Shown here in pieces: positions 21,332-32,570 of a DNA stretch of 64,000 nt. Within the stretch, counting starts at the first letter, position 1. Each line of letters begins with the position of its first letter. Source of the stretch: Escherichia coli (GTDB taxonomy: Bacteria; Pseudomonadota; Gammaproteobacteria; Enterobacterales; Enterobacteriaceae); the NCBI RefSeq assembly GCF_003790525.1, contig NZ_CP033633.1. One strand, written 5' to 3'. The notes below the pieces were generated by a model, which did no database searches, was not told the DNA's origin, and saw only the letters and a list, made by a program, of their open reading frames with translations. The position numbers and the translations under genes were made by a program.

Positions 21332-22195
21332 TTATTGTTCAGTTAACTTCATTTCGACAAGTAAAGGTAAATGATCTGAGACAGATGCATATGGCTTACT
21401 TTCAGGGGTCGCTCTATCTGACGGTTTAGGAATATATACATCTTTAATGTCCCATTTTTGAGCATTTGATGTAAGTATATAATCAATTTTCCTGTCTGGA
21501 TTCCATGATGGTGCCGTGTACTTCAATTCCTTATCAGTGTCATTGAACCATGCTGTTAAATCCAAGTACTCTGTTGATTGAGGTGGTAAATTAAGATCAC
21601 CCACTATAATTGGAAGTGCATTTTTAAACTGCCAAGAAGAGAATTCTGTTTGAAGAGTTCTTACTTGCTCTGCTCGTAATGGCTGCGTAGTGAAGTCCAA
21701 ATGAGTAGTTACTAACATAACAGGCGCAGGATAATTAGGGACATCAACTTCTACAGCACAGGCCGCTCTTTGCTCCGCACCTTTGATGTTAGGTAGTTCC
21801 ATCCTTTTACTCAATTTCAAATCATACTTAGACAGTACTGCTGTACCATATTCCCCACCATCATGATCTATAGCCTTGCAGAAGTAATAATTCATTCCCA
21901 ACTTATTAGCTATATACTCTGCTTGATTGACTGGGTTAGAACCCTCTTTACTAAAGTTCTTACCAGAACGCCCAGTCATGTTATCAACTTCTTGCAGTCC
22001 AATAATATCAACATTCATTTTACGAATTGCTTCTACAATGGCATCAGTACTCCCCATTCTAGAGGCCATTATGTTATATGACCCAACACGAATACTATCG
22101 GTATCTGCTGGACCATCCATGAGGCGATCAGAAGCTAAAGTTGAAGAGGAAAGAACTATAAACCCTATAACCGCAGCAATGCTTGTTAATTTCAT
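21332..22195 (-). CDS. secreted endonuclease/exonuclease/phosphatase (EEP, DNase I-like fold) family protein
   Basis: Signal peptide MKLTSIAAVIGFIVLSSSTLA; ...DIIGLQEV... near N-terminus and ...SDHLPLLVEM... near C-terminus; AT-rich. Confidence 0.65.
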   Translation of the reverse strand: MKLTSIAAVIGFIVLSSSTLASDRLMDGPADTDSIRVGSYNIMASRMGSTDAIVEAIRKMNVDIIGLQEVDNMTGRSGKNFSKEGSNPVNQAEYIANKLGMNYYFCKAIDHDGGEYGTAVLSKYDLKLSKRMELPNIKGAEQRAACAVEVDVPNYPAPVMLVTTHLDFTTQPLRAEQVRTLQTEFSSWQFKNALPIIVGDLNLPPQSTEYLDLTAWFNDTDKELKYTAPSWNPDRKIDYILTSNAQKWDIKDVYIPKPSDRATPESKPYASVSDHLPLLVEMKLTEQ

Positions 22196-22376
22196 TTTTA
22201 CACCTTGTTATTTTTGATAGTAAATTTACATATCAAAATAAATCATAAAATCGCTTTTTTTAGTGATAAAAACCTCAAAAACAAAAACAATTAGTGATCA
22301 ACATCTCATAAGTAGTACATTTATCAACCGTTCCATTAATGTTTCATTCTATCGCGAATTAGGTAATGACTCCAAC

Positions 22377-22880
22377 TTATTGATAGTGTTTTATGTTCAG
22401 ATAATGCCCGATGACTTTGTCATGCAGCTCCACCGATTTTGAGAACGACAGCGACTTCCGTCCCAGCCGTGCCAGGTGCTGCCTCAGATTCAGGTTATGC
22501 CGCTCAATTCGCTGCGTATATCGCTTGCTGATTACGTGCAGCTTTCCCTTCAGGCGGGATTCATACAGCGGCCAGCCATCCGTCATCCATATCACCACGT
22601 CAAAGGGTGACAGCAGGCTCATAAGACGCCCCAGCGTCGCCATCGTGCGTTCACCGAATACGTGCGCAACAACCGTCTTCCGGAGCCTGTCATACGCGTA
22701 AAACAGCCAGCGCTGGCGCGATTTAGCCCCGACATAGCTCCACTGTTCGTCCATTTCCGCGCAGACGATGACGTCACTGCCCGGCTGTATGCGCGAGGTT
22801 ACCGACTGCGGCCTGAGTTTTTTAAGTGACGTAAAATCGTGTTGAGGACAACGCCCATAATGCGGGCTGTTGCCCGGCAT
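22377..22880 (-). CDS. insB: IS1 InsB
   Basis: Near-identical to 20359-20862. Confidence 0.85.
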   Translation of the reverse strand: MPGNSPHYGRCPQHDFTSLKKLRPQSVTSRIQPGSDVIVCAEMDEQWSYVGAKSRQRWLFYAYDRLRKTVVAHVFGERTMATLGRLMSLLSPFDVVIWMTDGWPLYESRLKGKLHVISKRYTQRIERHNLNLRQHLARLGRKSLSFSKSVELHDKVIGHYLNIKHYQ

Positions 22881-23074
22881 CCAACGCCATTCATGGCCAT
22901 ATCAATGATTTTCTGGTGCGTACCGGGTTGAGAAGCGGTGTAAGTGAACTGCAGTTGCCATGTTTTACGGCAGTGAGAGCAGAGATAGCGCTGATGTCCG
23001 GCGGTGCTTTTGCCGTTACGCACCACCCCGTCAGTAGCTGAACAGGAGGGACAGCTGATAGAAACAGAAGCCAC
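22799..23074 (-). CDS. insA: IS1 InsA
   Basis: Near-identical to 20165-20440. Confidence 0.9.
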   Translation of the reverse strand: MASVSISCPSCSATDGVVRNGKSTAGHQRYLCSHCRKTWQLQFTYTASQPGTHQKIIDMAMNGVGCRATARIMGVVLNTILRHLKNSGRSR

Positions 23075-23304
23075 TGGAGCACCTCAAAAACACCATCATA
23101 CACTAAATCAGTAAGTTGGCAGCATCACCCAGGGGGCCAGTCTAGCAGATTATGGTGCGCAGTTATACAACAGCAGTAATGAGGAGTCTACTATTTCTCT
23201 TGTTATGCCAGATGCAATTGAATGGAACGGAAAGAATACGCCAAGACGGCAATACATGATAAAATATATTGCCGTATTTAAATATTAAAATTTATTTTTG
23301 TAGA

Positions 23305-23712
23305 TTATCTGAATTTTCGGTGACCTTCAAGTTTTATATCGTTCATTTTATCCAGAGACTCACGTAATGATTCTATATCCCCGTCCTCAACTTTCTTTTT
23401 TGCAATATTGATTTCATGTTGTAGTTTTTTTAACTCTTCCTTATAACTATCTACAGAAACTTTATCATTAACATCTATCTTTTCAGGAATAATATTCATA
23501 GAAGAATCTACAGCTTTATCCATCATTTCAAGAGCATTTAATAGTGATGATTTATCATTGGAAGATTGTAGAATACTCATACTTTTGGCAAGAGACTGCA
23601 TGTTTTTATCCAGGCCAGAAGCCAAAGATACGTTGCTGAGAGATAAAAAAATAGCTAGTACAGCACCTGAGAAAAATACCTTTTGTTTTTTCATTAATAT
23701 ATTCCTGTTCAA
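23305..23712 (-). CDS. small secreted four-helix protein, cytochrome b562-like (tentative)
   Basis: Signal peptide; ~110-aa mature helical protein ending ...EGHRKFR (cf. cytochrome b562 C-terminus); AT-rich. Confidence 0.45.
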   Translation of the reverse strand: MNRNILMKKQKVFFSGAVLAIFLSLSNVSLASGLDKNMQSLAKSMSILQSSNDKSSLLNALEMMDKAVDSSMNIIPEKIDVNDKVSVDSYKEELKKLQHEINIAKKKVEDGDIESLRESLDKMNDIKLEGHRKFR

Positions 23713-24078
23713 AGTTGATTATAGTTATGTCAATTTAAGTTTATTATTATGATTTTTTATTTTTGTACTATGAATCTCCTGTATGCTTATATGTGCAGAA
23801 AATCTCATTTTATCAAGAAGAATATCAAATTTTCTCCGATACTTCTACATACTCCATCATTCATGCTCCTTTTATCCGTGCACCGTAAAACCCCGTCCTT
23901 CAGCGGGGATATAAGGCGCTGTTTTCCACCTAACCAGGTGTCTGCTGCTATTCAATGTATTGGCGGATGACGGATGCCGCCCGTTGAAGCAGGAACCCAC
24001 GTCCTTAGGGCGTGGAGGATGTCAAATACCCGCCCTCATTGAGAGAGAAGCTACGAGATTTTCGCTAAGGGACACAGG

Positions 24079-25560
24079 TCATACGGGAGATGGCGGTTCC
24101 CAGCGTTTATCCTGCTCCGGCGGAGGCAGTGATGCGTCATCGTTGCTGTTCGCCGCGATATAATCGCGGTAGTAGCGTTCACTTCCTTCCCGGTGATGAT
24201 CCACATCCGGTCGTGTAATCCTGTAGTCTTCGTGACCGGTACGGCCTGTCACATTATGCCAGGCAACCATTTCAGCAAAGACCTGGTTAAATTGTTTGTC
24301 GTTTCCTTCTGGTTCAAAGCCCATTCTGGGATCACGCTCAAACAATACAGGTGCAATCAAATCCAGTTTATCTGCCAGCGCATTGCGGTCATGGTGATTA
24401 CGGAAAACAACCCTGTCACCATAATCCGTACAGACAAACTCTCCCGTCCGACGGTCACGGAAACGAACACTCCCGTTCTTCTGCAAACGGGCCTCGAGAT
24501 CACCGGTATTACCGTATACCGGCGTTCCGCCCGGTTCACAAAGCACGACACAGCGGTCTGTTGTTGTTGTGCGTGACTTGTCTTTACGGCGATCGCGATA
24601 ATCCCAGCCTCTCAACTGCGATACAGCAGCCCTGTCTCCCTGAGCAGCCTGAATTTCGACCCACTGACGGTAAGAGGGTGGATACCACTTCCCGTCAGCA
24701 ATAAGTTTCTGTCGCTCATCCCTGATGTCTTCTTTCAGCCTGATCAACGCCTGCATTCGCTGAACTTCTGCAATGTGATAATGCAGCTTACGTAATGCCG
24801 GATCATCGTACTGCGCACGAATGTGTGACTTCCGCAGACGGCATGCCTGATGAATTTCCCGACAACGTTCCCCATTACGCAGATCTGGTTTACGCCATTG
24901 TTCACGCCATGCCAGATAGCGGGCACGCAGGTCAGCACGGGCCTCAGCTCTGGCTTCACGTCGCTGCCGGCGCAGCATTGGGTCACGTTTACTGCTGACC
25001 CCGTACCTGTCACTGACAGCCAGCTCCGGGTTATAGCGACTTTCAGGTTGCACCCTGTCAAACAAATCTGCTGGGGCACTCACAAAAGGTCCGGCCTGTG
25101 GCTCTGCACGCCCCAGAGTCAGATCAGGATGAATGCTGCTGGCCTTCACCGGCGTTTGCTCATGATTAAAGGCATCAACGACAACAAGCCCGTGATGTTG
25201 TTTCTGTAGCATCAGTCCCTGTTGTGCAAACAGCTCATGACAACGCTGCCAGGTAAACTCACCCTGTGTGATCATTTCTTCAATCTGAGGGCTACAATGG
25301 CTGATGCTGTATCCCCACAGACTTTCTTTATCAGAAAACAGTTCGCGTTTGATATCCCCCTGCGGCCCCGTGCCTGTACGCATACGGTGCCATTCTTTAT
25401 CGGTCGCAGGACAGCTCTCCATACGACGACCACGGAAGCGTTCTGTTGGCGTAACCTGGCGGAAAATATCTGTTGGTACAGGCTGCCAGCCACCATCGAG
25501 TTGATTCACATTGTCGAGCGTCAGCAGTGACCATACGGTGTCAGCACGAACGGGAGTCTG
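24079..25560 (-). pseudogene. relaxase fragment: paralogue of the C-terminal ~490 aa of the NikB-like relaxase at 53701-56403; nuclease domain missing
   Basis: Long collinear similarity (QTPVRADxxWxLLTLxN...WHRMRTGxGPQGxIKRExFSDKESLWGY...) to the 900-aa relaxase but lacking the HxH relaxase motifs. Confidence 0.65.
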
Positions 25561-25599
25561 GTTATGATATTTTTCGGATCCCGGTGAAAAAAGAGAGAA

Positions 25600-25720
25600 A
25601 CATGCAGATACCATGCATATCCATATGTTTGGCATCTGCATATGACAGGCATACGCATATCTCACACATCTGCATATCTATAACATATACATATGTATCA
25701 CATCTGCATATACTAAACAT
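25600..25720. repeat. array of ~6 imperfect direct repeats with 17-bp periodicity (ATCTGCATAT-N7)
   Basis: GCATAT cores at 25615, 25638, 25655, 25672, (25689 variant), 25706. Confidence 0.5.
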
Positions 25721-25750
25721 ATATAAAAGCCGTCTTGCCAGGAGGAAGAC

Positions 25751-25981
25751 ATGAGAACCGTATCTATTTTCAAAAATGGCAATAACCGCGCGATCCGTCT
25801 GCCCCGCGATCTGGATTTTGAGGGGGTGAGTGAGCTGGAGATTGTACGGGAAGGGGACAGAATCATTCTGCGTCCCCTCCGCCCGAGCTGGAGCTCATTC
25901 CTGGAGCTAGAAAAGGCCGATCCGGGCTTTATGACGGAACGCGAGGACGTTGTCTGCGACGAAGGACGATTTAACCTGTGA
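25751..25981 (+). CDS. vapB: VapB/VagC-type antitoxin (AbrB/SpoVT fold)
   Basis: 76-aa ORF MRTVSIFKNGNNRAIRLPRDL...; overlaps downstream PIN toxin. Confidence 0.8.
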   Translation: MRTVSIFKNGNNRAIRLPRDLDFEGVSELEIVREGDRIILRPLRPSWSSFLELEKADPGFMTEREDVVCDEGRFNL

Positions 25982-26394
25982 ACAAGATCTATATGCTCGA
26001 CACGAACATCTGCTCGTTCATCATGCGCGAGCAGCCTGAAGCAGTGCTTAAGAATCTGGAGCAGGCGGTGCTGCGCGGTCACCGTATAGTGGTCTCGGCC
26101 ATCACCTACTCCGAGATGCGCTTCGGCGCCACCGGTCCAAAGGCATCGCCACGCCACGTGCAGCTGGTTGACGCGTTCTGCGCCCGTCTCGATGCCATCC
26201 TGCCCTGGGATCGCGCTGCGGTGGATGCAACCACGGAGGTTAAGGTGGCGCTGCGCCTCGCCGGCACGCCGATCGGTCCGAACGACACGGCGATCGCCGG
26301 GCACGCCATCGCCACCGGGGCAATACTGGTGACGAATAATGTGAGAGAGTTTGAGCGGGTGCCTGGACTGGTACTGGAAGACTGGGCAGGATAA
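25978..26394 (+). CDS. vapC: VapC/VagD PIN-domain toxin
   Basis: 138-aa ORF MLDTNICSF... with acidic PIN residues; hairpin terminator at 26402-26425. Confidence 0.85.
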   Translation: MNKIYMLDTNICSFIMREQPEAVLKNLEQAVLRGHRIVVSAITYSEMRFGATGPKASPRHVQLVDAFCARLDAILPWDRAAVDATTEVKVALRLAGTPIGPNDTAIAGHAIATGAILVTNNVREFERVPGLVLEDWAG

Positions 26395-26955
26395 AGGAGT
26401 AAGGCCGCCCCCGACGGCCTTACCACTATTTTGCGATGTCAGTCGTATTCATTTTCAGCGTTAAAAAAGGGCTCTATACGAATACGTGTATCAGCGTGAG
26501 TAAGTTTCGGCGGCCTGATAAATCCACTATTTCCCAGCTGGACAGCCAGTTGCCACATGGCATCACTACGGGGAATGCTACGATAATTCCTCTCTGTGAG
26601 GAAAGCGGCATAATCCTGATGCCCGAACGTCATGAGCACCTGTCTGATGAACTTGTGTGACCCACCGTCATTTTTAAGACATTGCATCAGCAGTGCCTGC
26701 TTCTGCCGGTCATCGGTTATTTTGGTGGAGAACCTTATCAGGGCTTGCTGGCTGAGAAGTGGTGCCTCAGAGAGCAGGGCTTCATCTTTTTCCCAGAGCC
26801 AGTTCAGGATACTGATACAGACTTCATCTGCAATCTTATCGCCATTCAGAATTAAACGAGTAATCCCCAGGTCAAACTGGTCATCAGCAAATAAAACAAG
26901 CTGAACCGCCCCGGGAATCCTGGAGACTAAACTCCCTGATAAAGAGGTAAACAGA

Positions 26956-27282
26956 ATGACTAAAAATACTCGTTTTTCCCCCGAAGTCCGTCAGAGGGCG
27001 ATTCGTATGGTTCTGGAAAGTCAGGGCGAATATGACTCACAGTGGGCGGCAATTTGTTCCATTGCCCCAAAGATTGGCTGTACACCGGAGACTCTGCGTG
27101 TCTGGGTACGCCAGCATGAGCGGGATACCGGAGGCGGTGATGGCGGGCTCACCACCGCTGAACGTCAGCGTCTGAAAGAGCTGGAACGTGAAAATCGTGA
27201 ACTGCGCCGCAGTAACGATATCCTTCGCCAGGCTTCCGCTTATTTTGCGAAGGCGGAGTTCGACCGCCTCTGGAAAAAGTGA
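26956..27282 (+). CDS. IS629 transposase OrfA
   Basis: Identical protein to 7383-7709. Confidence 0.85.
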   Translation: MTKNTRFSPEVRQRAIRMVLESQGEYDSQWAAICSIAPKIGCTPETLRVWVRQHERDTGGGDGGLTTAERQRLKELERENRELRRSNDILRQASAYFAKAEFDRLWKK

Positions 27283-28169
27283 TGCCACTGCTGGATAAGC
27301 TGCGTAAGCTGTACGGGGTCGGACCGGTATGCAGTGAACTACATATTGCCCCGTCAACGTATTACCACTGTCAGCAACAGCGACATCATCCTTATAAACG
27401 CAGTGCCCGTGCGCAGCGCGATGACTGGCTGAAGAAAGAGATACTGCGCGTATACGATGGGAATCATCAGGTATATGGTGTGCGTAAAGTCTGGCGTCAG
27501 TTGTTACGGGAAGGAATCAGGGTAGCCAGATGTACAGTGGCGCGCCTCATGGCGGTTATGGGACTTGCCGGTGTTCTCCGGGGTAAAAAGGTCCGCACTA
27601 CCGTCAGCCGGAAAGCCGTTGCCGCAGGCGACCGCGTAAACCGTCAGTTTGTGGCAGAACGTCCTGACCAGTTGTGGGTGGCTGATTTTACTTACGTCAG
27701 CACATGGCAGGGGGTCGTCTATGTGGCGTTCATCATTGATGTGTTTGCCGGATACATCGTGGGGTGGCGGGTCTCATCGTCTATGGAAACGACATTCGTG
27801 CTGGATGCTCTGGAGCAGGCGTTATGGGCCCGTCGACCGTCCGGCACAGTCCATCACAGTGATAAAGGTTCTCAGTATGTATCGCTGGCCTACACACAGC
27901 GGCTTAAGGAAGCCGGATTACTGGCATCAACAGGAAGTACTGGTGACTCGTATGACAACGCGATGGCGGAGAGCATCAATGGCCTTTACAAAGCGGAGGT
28001 AATACACCGTAAGAGCTGGAAAAACCGGACAGAAGTGGAGCTGGCCACACTCACGTGGGTGGACTGGTATAACAATCGACGATTGCTGGAAAGGCTGGGC
28101 CATATCCCACCGGCAGAAGCAGAAAAAGCTTATTATGCTTCCATCGGAAACGATGATCTGGCAGCCTGA
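27279..28169 (+). CDS. IS629 transposase OrfB
   Basis: Identical protein to 6496-7386. Confidence 0.85.
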   Translation: MMPLLDKLRKLYGVGPVCSELHIAPSTYYHCQQQRHHPYKRSARAQRDDWLKKEILRVYDGNHQVYGVRKVWRQLLREGIRVARCTVARLMAVMGLAGVLRGKKVRTTVSRKAVAAGDRVNRQFVAERPDQLWVADFTYVSTWQGVVYVAFIIDVFAGYIVGWRVSSSMETTFVLDALEQALWARRPSGTVHHSDKGSQYVSLAYTQRLKEAGLLASTGSTGDSYDNAMAESINGLYKAEVIHRKSWKNRTEVELATLTWVDWYNNRRLLERLGHIPPAEAEKAYYASIGNDDLAA

Positions 28170-28559
28170 GTTCACAGATAAAACACTCTCCAGGAAACCC
28201 GGGGCGGTTCAAACACCCTTTCTTCATCCATCCTGCGCGCTCCATCTGATAATGTTCTGACAGGTAAAAATCAAATTCTGTATGATTTTTGTGTTATCGA
28301 TTTATGATAATATCAGATATTTTTTCATTACTTATGATTAAAATCATATCTAATATGAATTTATGTGTATTGCTTAATTATCATATCACCTGCCCGTTTC
28401 CCGCCGCGCAGATCCGGTTTCCGGCTGAAGTGGATCCAGACCTGATTTGTTGCTGAGTATCGGTAAAAGTGCGGCTTATAAGCTATTCTGAAACATGGCA
28501 AGTGAATCTGGGCTGTATAATTCCGGCAAGTGTCATCTGTATTTAAAGGACGTGTGAGT

Positions 28560-29012
28560 ATGAAATTTATGGAATGTGCTGTCCGGGATGTGATTTATGG
28601 GACCAATGTCCGTCTTGTCAAACCGGTCAACATTTATGAATGTGAACTCGGGGACAATGTGTTTGTCGGCCCCTTCGTTGAGATACAGAAAGGCTGTGTC
28701 ATTGGTAGTGGAAGTCGGATACAGTCGCACACGTTTATTTGTGAGAACGTAACACTGGGGGAGAAGTGCTTCATTGGTCATAACGTGACGTTCGCCAACG
28801 ATCTGTTTCGTTCAGGAGCACCAGATCCGTCACCGGATAACTGGATCAGCATTACCCTGGGGGATTCGGTTACTGTTGGCAGTGGAGCCATTATTCTGTC
28901 TCCGTATATATGCAGCGGAGCTGTTATTGGTGCGGGTTCAGTTGTGGTAAAACCGATTGAGAACAAAGGCATTTATGCAGGAAACCCGGCAAGACTGCTC
29001 AGAATATTATGA
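28560..29012 (+). CDS. hexapeptide-repeat (left-handed beta-helix) acyl/acetyltransferase
   Basis: Repeated [LIV]G-x4 hexads (VFVGPF, CVIGSG, VTLGEK, CFIGHN, VTVGSG, AVIGAG); SD aagga upstream of ATG 28560. Confidence 0.7.
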   Translation: MKFMECAVRDVIYGTNVRLVKPVNIYECELGDNVFVGPFVEIQKGCVIGSGSRIQSHTFICENVTLGEKCFIGHNVTFANDLFRSGAPDPSPDNWISITLGDSVTVGSGAIILSPYICSGAVIGAGSVVVKPIENKGIYAGNPARLLRIL

Positions 29013-29018
29013 AAAAGA

Positions 29019-29045
29019 AAAGGGCCGTTACTGGCCCTTTTTATC
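29019..29045 (+). terminator. rho-independent terminator (GGGCC-N6-GGCCC + T-run)
   Basis: aaagggccgttactggcccttttta directly after the acetyltransferase stop. Confidence 0.5.
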
Positions 29046-29225
29046 AGAGGTAGGTCTGTGAATACGGCAGGTGTACAGAAATCGACTGCCGGGGATCGAT
29101 TTCCAGGGCCGCCCGGTATTCTGCGTCAGTGATATCACCTTTTTTCGGTAAATAACCGAGAGCATCGTTTCCCAGCCCTGACAGTATGCGTATTCTGGCG
29201 ATCCGGAAATCAAACAGGCTGTCCA

Positions 29226-29408
29226 TCATACCATGCTCCGGAAATGCGGGAGGAGTGGCCAGATAGGCAGGTTTGACCATTGTCCTAAAGTGCCTTCAGG
29301 AAGAGATAATCGGGAAGCGCCTTCACTGATCGAAAGTTGATTTTCAAGAACCGTTCTGACAGCTTCGGCTTTGAACTCTTTAGAGTAACGTTGGGTTTTT
29401 CTGCTCAT
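29226..29408 (-). pseudogene. IS3-family transposase OrfA N-terminal remnant
   Basis: MSRKTQRYSKEFKAEAVRTVLENQLSISEGASRLSLPEGTLGQW then frame lost. Confidence 0.5.
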
Positions 29409-30389
29409 TATTAGCTCCTTCTGATGCCATTCTATTTCAGGAAGGAGTGTCCGTTAAACCCAGGCTACCTCATAGTTCATTTTCTGTTGATGCGCTGAAG
29501 ATCATTTCATTCAAAATACTGACATCTTTCATAAAGACCTCCATTTTATGTCGGGGAAAAATAAAGCACAGATAAACCATATTTTCACATTTAATTTACA
29601 AATTAGTGGTATCAGTCACAAATAACTTACAGGTCCGGTAATATCGGTCTGTTAGTGATATTTACTGAAAATGATGGAAAGATATTGATAACGTGGTTGC
29701 CATAACCAATGCTTCAGGGAAGCCGATATGGTTAATGTCATTACAATCGTCGCCACAGTTGCCTGTGTATCCGGATATTTGAAATGGATCTTCCAGAAGC
29801 GGACTCGGGTAGTATCTTCATGGTTTGGCTTTCAGCAGATCTGTGACTCTGCTATTTATTGATGAATATGACCTTTACAATTCCAGTTATTGTTCTGATT
29901 GCAATAATCACTTCATCACAATAATCCACCATTTTTTGTGATTATCTGGCAATAATTTTCTTTTCTGCTCCAGAGATCCGAAAACTCCTGGTTCCGGATC
30001 CGCGGATCCTTCGCTGCCGCCCGCTGGTCCGCTTTCACAGGATGTGGTGTCCCGCTCCGCTGACATGACACTGTATGTTGTGTTTCTTCCCGTGTTCCCG
30101 AGCCAGTCATCAGCGGCAGAAAAGATCGCTTCGCTTATTCACTGATCCTGATTCACTTCCGGAAAATCCTGAATCCGATAAAAATCGGATCATAGAAAAA
30201 CAGTCATCCTGTAATTTATCATGGTTACTACATTGCAGGTTATTATTGTCATGATTACTTTTCAGGTCAGTTATTGATGGTGGTGTTAATAATAGCTGGA
30301 TAACAATATTCCGTTGCCGGAGGCATGTTATAGCGTAATACTGGTGTATACTTAATGGTGTACAGAGAGTATGTAAGATGAGGTGCATT

Positions 30390-30915
<526 letters not shown>

Positions 30916-31725
30916 ATGTCAGGCTCCGTTATACACAGCCAGTCTGCAGCCATGGTACCGGCAGTGTATTCTGCCGGACAGTCTGCACAACTTCCTGTTG
31001 CCATTGATTATCCGGCAGCTCTGGCACTCCGCCAGATGTCGATGGTTCATGATGAACTGCCGAAATATCTGCTGGCTCCCGAGGTGAGTGCCCTGCTTCA
31101 TTATGTCCCGGATCTGCGCCGCAAGATGCTGCTGGCCACTCTGTGGAACACCGGCGCGCGTATTAATGAAGCACTAGCGCTGACGCGGGGGGATTTTTCG
31201 CTCACGCCTCCGTATCCGTTTGTGCAGCTGGCCACTCTGAAGCAGCGGACAGAAAAAGCCGCCAGGAGGGCAGGAAGGATGCCCGCCGGTCAGCAGACTC
31301 ACCGTCTGGTTCCGCTCTCCGACGCCTGGTACGTCAGCCAGCTGCAGACGATGGTGGCCACACTGAAAATCCCCATGGAACGGCGTAATAAACGAACAGG
31401 CAGGACAGAGAAAGCGCGGATCTGGGAAGTGACGGACAGAACGGTCAGGACCTGGATTGGGGAGGCGGTTGCCGCCGCTGCTGCTGACGGTGTGACGTTC
31501 TCTGTTCCGGTCACACCACATACGTTCCGCCATTCCTATGCGATGCACATGCTGTATGCCGGTATACCGCTGAAAGTTCTGCAAAGCCTGATGGGACATA
31601 AGTCCATCAGTTCAACGGAAGTCTACACGAAGGTTTTTGCGCTGGATGTGGCTGCCCGGCACCGGGTGCAGTTTGCGATGCCTGAGTCCGATGCGGTCAC
31701 AATGCTGAAAAACAGACATGTATAA
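30916..31725 (+). CDS. resD: ResD tyrosine site-specific recombinase (multimer resolvase)
   Basis: 269-aa ORF directly after ccdB as in F; C-terminal HxxR...Y catalytic region (HTFRHSYAMHMLYAG...STEVYTKV). Confidence 0.8.
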   Translation: MSGSVIHSQSAAMVPAVYSAGQSAQLPVAIDYPAALALRQMSMVHDELPKYLLAPEVSALLHYVPDLRRKMLLATLWNTGARINEALALTRGDFSLTPPYPFVQLATLKQRTEKAARRAGRMPAGQQTHRLVPLSDAWYVSQLQTMVATLKIPMERRNKRTGRTEKARIWEVTDRTVRTWIGEAVAAAAADGVTFSVPVTPHTFRHSYAMHMLYAGIPLKVLQSLMGHKSISSTEVYTKVFALDVAARHRVQFAMPESDAVTMLKNRHV

Positions 31726-31862
31726 TAAGTCACAATTATGAATTGTGATTTCTTCTATAAAAAAGAGACCACTGCAATATGTGATCTCTTGTATTATTTC
31801 ATAATTGGGTGATGCTGCCAACTTACTGATTTAGTGTATGATGGTGTTTTTGAGGTGCTCCA

Positions 31863-32138
31863 GTGGCTTCTGTTTCTATCAGCTGTCCCTCCTGTTCAGC
31901 TACTGACGGGGTGGTGCGTAACGGCAAAAGCACCGCCGGACATCAGCGCTATCTCTGCTCTCACTGCCGTAAAACATGGCAACTGCAGTTCACTTACACC
32001 GCTTCTCAACCCGGTACGCACCAGAAAATCATTGATATGGCCATGAATGGCGTTGGATGCCGGGCAACCGCCCGCATTATGGGCGTTGGCCTCAACACGA
32101 TTTTCCGCCATTTAAAAAACTCAGGCCGCAGTCGGTAA
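31863..32138 (+). CDS. insA: IS1 InsA
   Basis: Near-identical to other insA copies. Confidence 0.9.
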   Translation: MASVSISCPSCSATDGVVRNGKSTAGHQRYLCSHCRKTWQLQFTYTASQPGTHQKIIDMAMNGVGCRATARIMGVGLNTIFRHLKNSGRSR

Positions 32139-32560
32139 CCTCGCGCATACAGCCGGGCAGTGACGTCATCGTCTGTGCGGAAATGGACGAACAGTGGGGC
32201 TATGTCGGGGCTAAATCGCGCCAGCGCTGGCTGTTTTACGCGTATGACAGGCTCCGGAAGACGGTTGTTGCGCACGTATTCGGTGAACGCACGATGGCGA
32301 CGCTGGGGCGTCTTATGAGCCTGCTGTCACCCTTTGACGTGGTGATATGGATGACGGATGGCTGGCCGCTGTATGAATCCCGCCTGAAGGGAAAGCTGCA
32401 CGTAATCAGCAAGCGATATACGCAGCGAATTGAGCGGCATAACCTGAATCTGAGGCAGCACCTGGCACGGCTGGGACGGAAGTCGCTGTCGTTCTCAAAA
32501 TCGGTGGAGCTGCATGACAAAGTCATCGGGCATTATCTGAACATAAAACACTATCAATAA
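32057..32560 (+). CDS. insB: IS1 InsB
   Basis: Near-identical to other insB copies. Confidence 0.85.
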   Translation: MPGNRPHYGRWPQHDFPPFKKLRPQSVTSRIQPGSDVIVCAEMDEQWGYVGAKSRQRWLFYAYDRLRKTVVAHVFGERTMATLGRLMSLLSPFDVVIWMTDGWPLYESRLKGKLHVISKRYTQRIERHNLNLRQHLARLGRKSLSFSKSVELHDKVIGHYLNIKHYQ

Positions 32561-32570
32561 GTTGGAGTCA

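Larger units (their letters stand above)
22362..23129 (-). mobile_element. IS1, copy B (inverted relative to copy A)
   Basis: 768-bp IS1 with insA 22799-23074 and insB 22377-22880 on minus strand. Confidence 0.9.
26902..28211 (+). mobile_element. IS629, copy 2, 1310 bp
   Basis: Same termini and gene pair as copy 1, opposite orientation. Confidence 0.85.

Noticed and set aside
26439-26904. Minus-strand 82-aa ORF and plus-strand 90-aa ORF between vapC and IS629 copy 2
   Set aside because: Mutually overlapping, no motifs, abut the IS629 end; possibly a remnant of a truncated gene but not supportable
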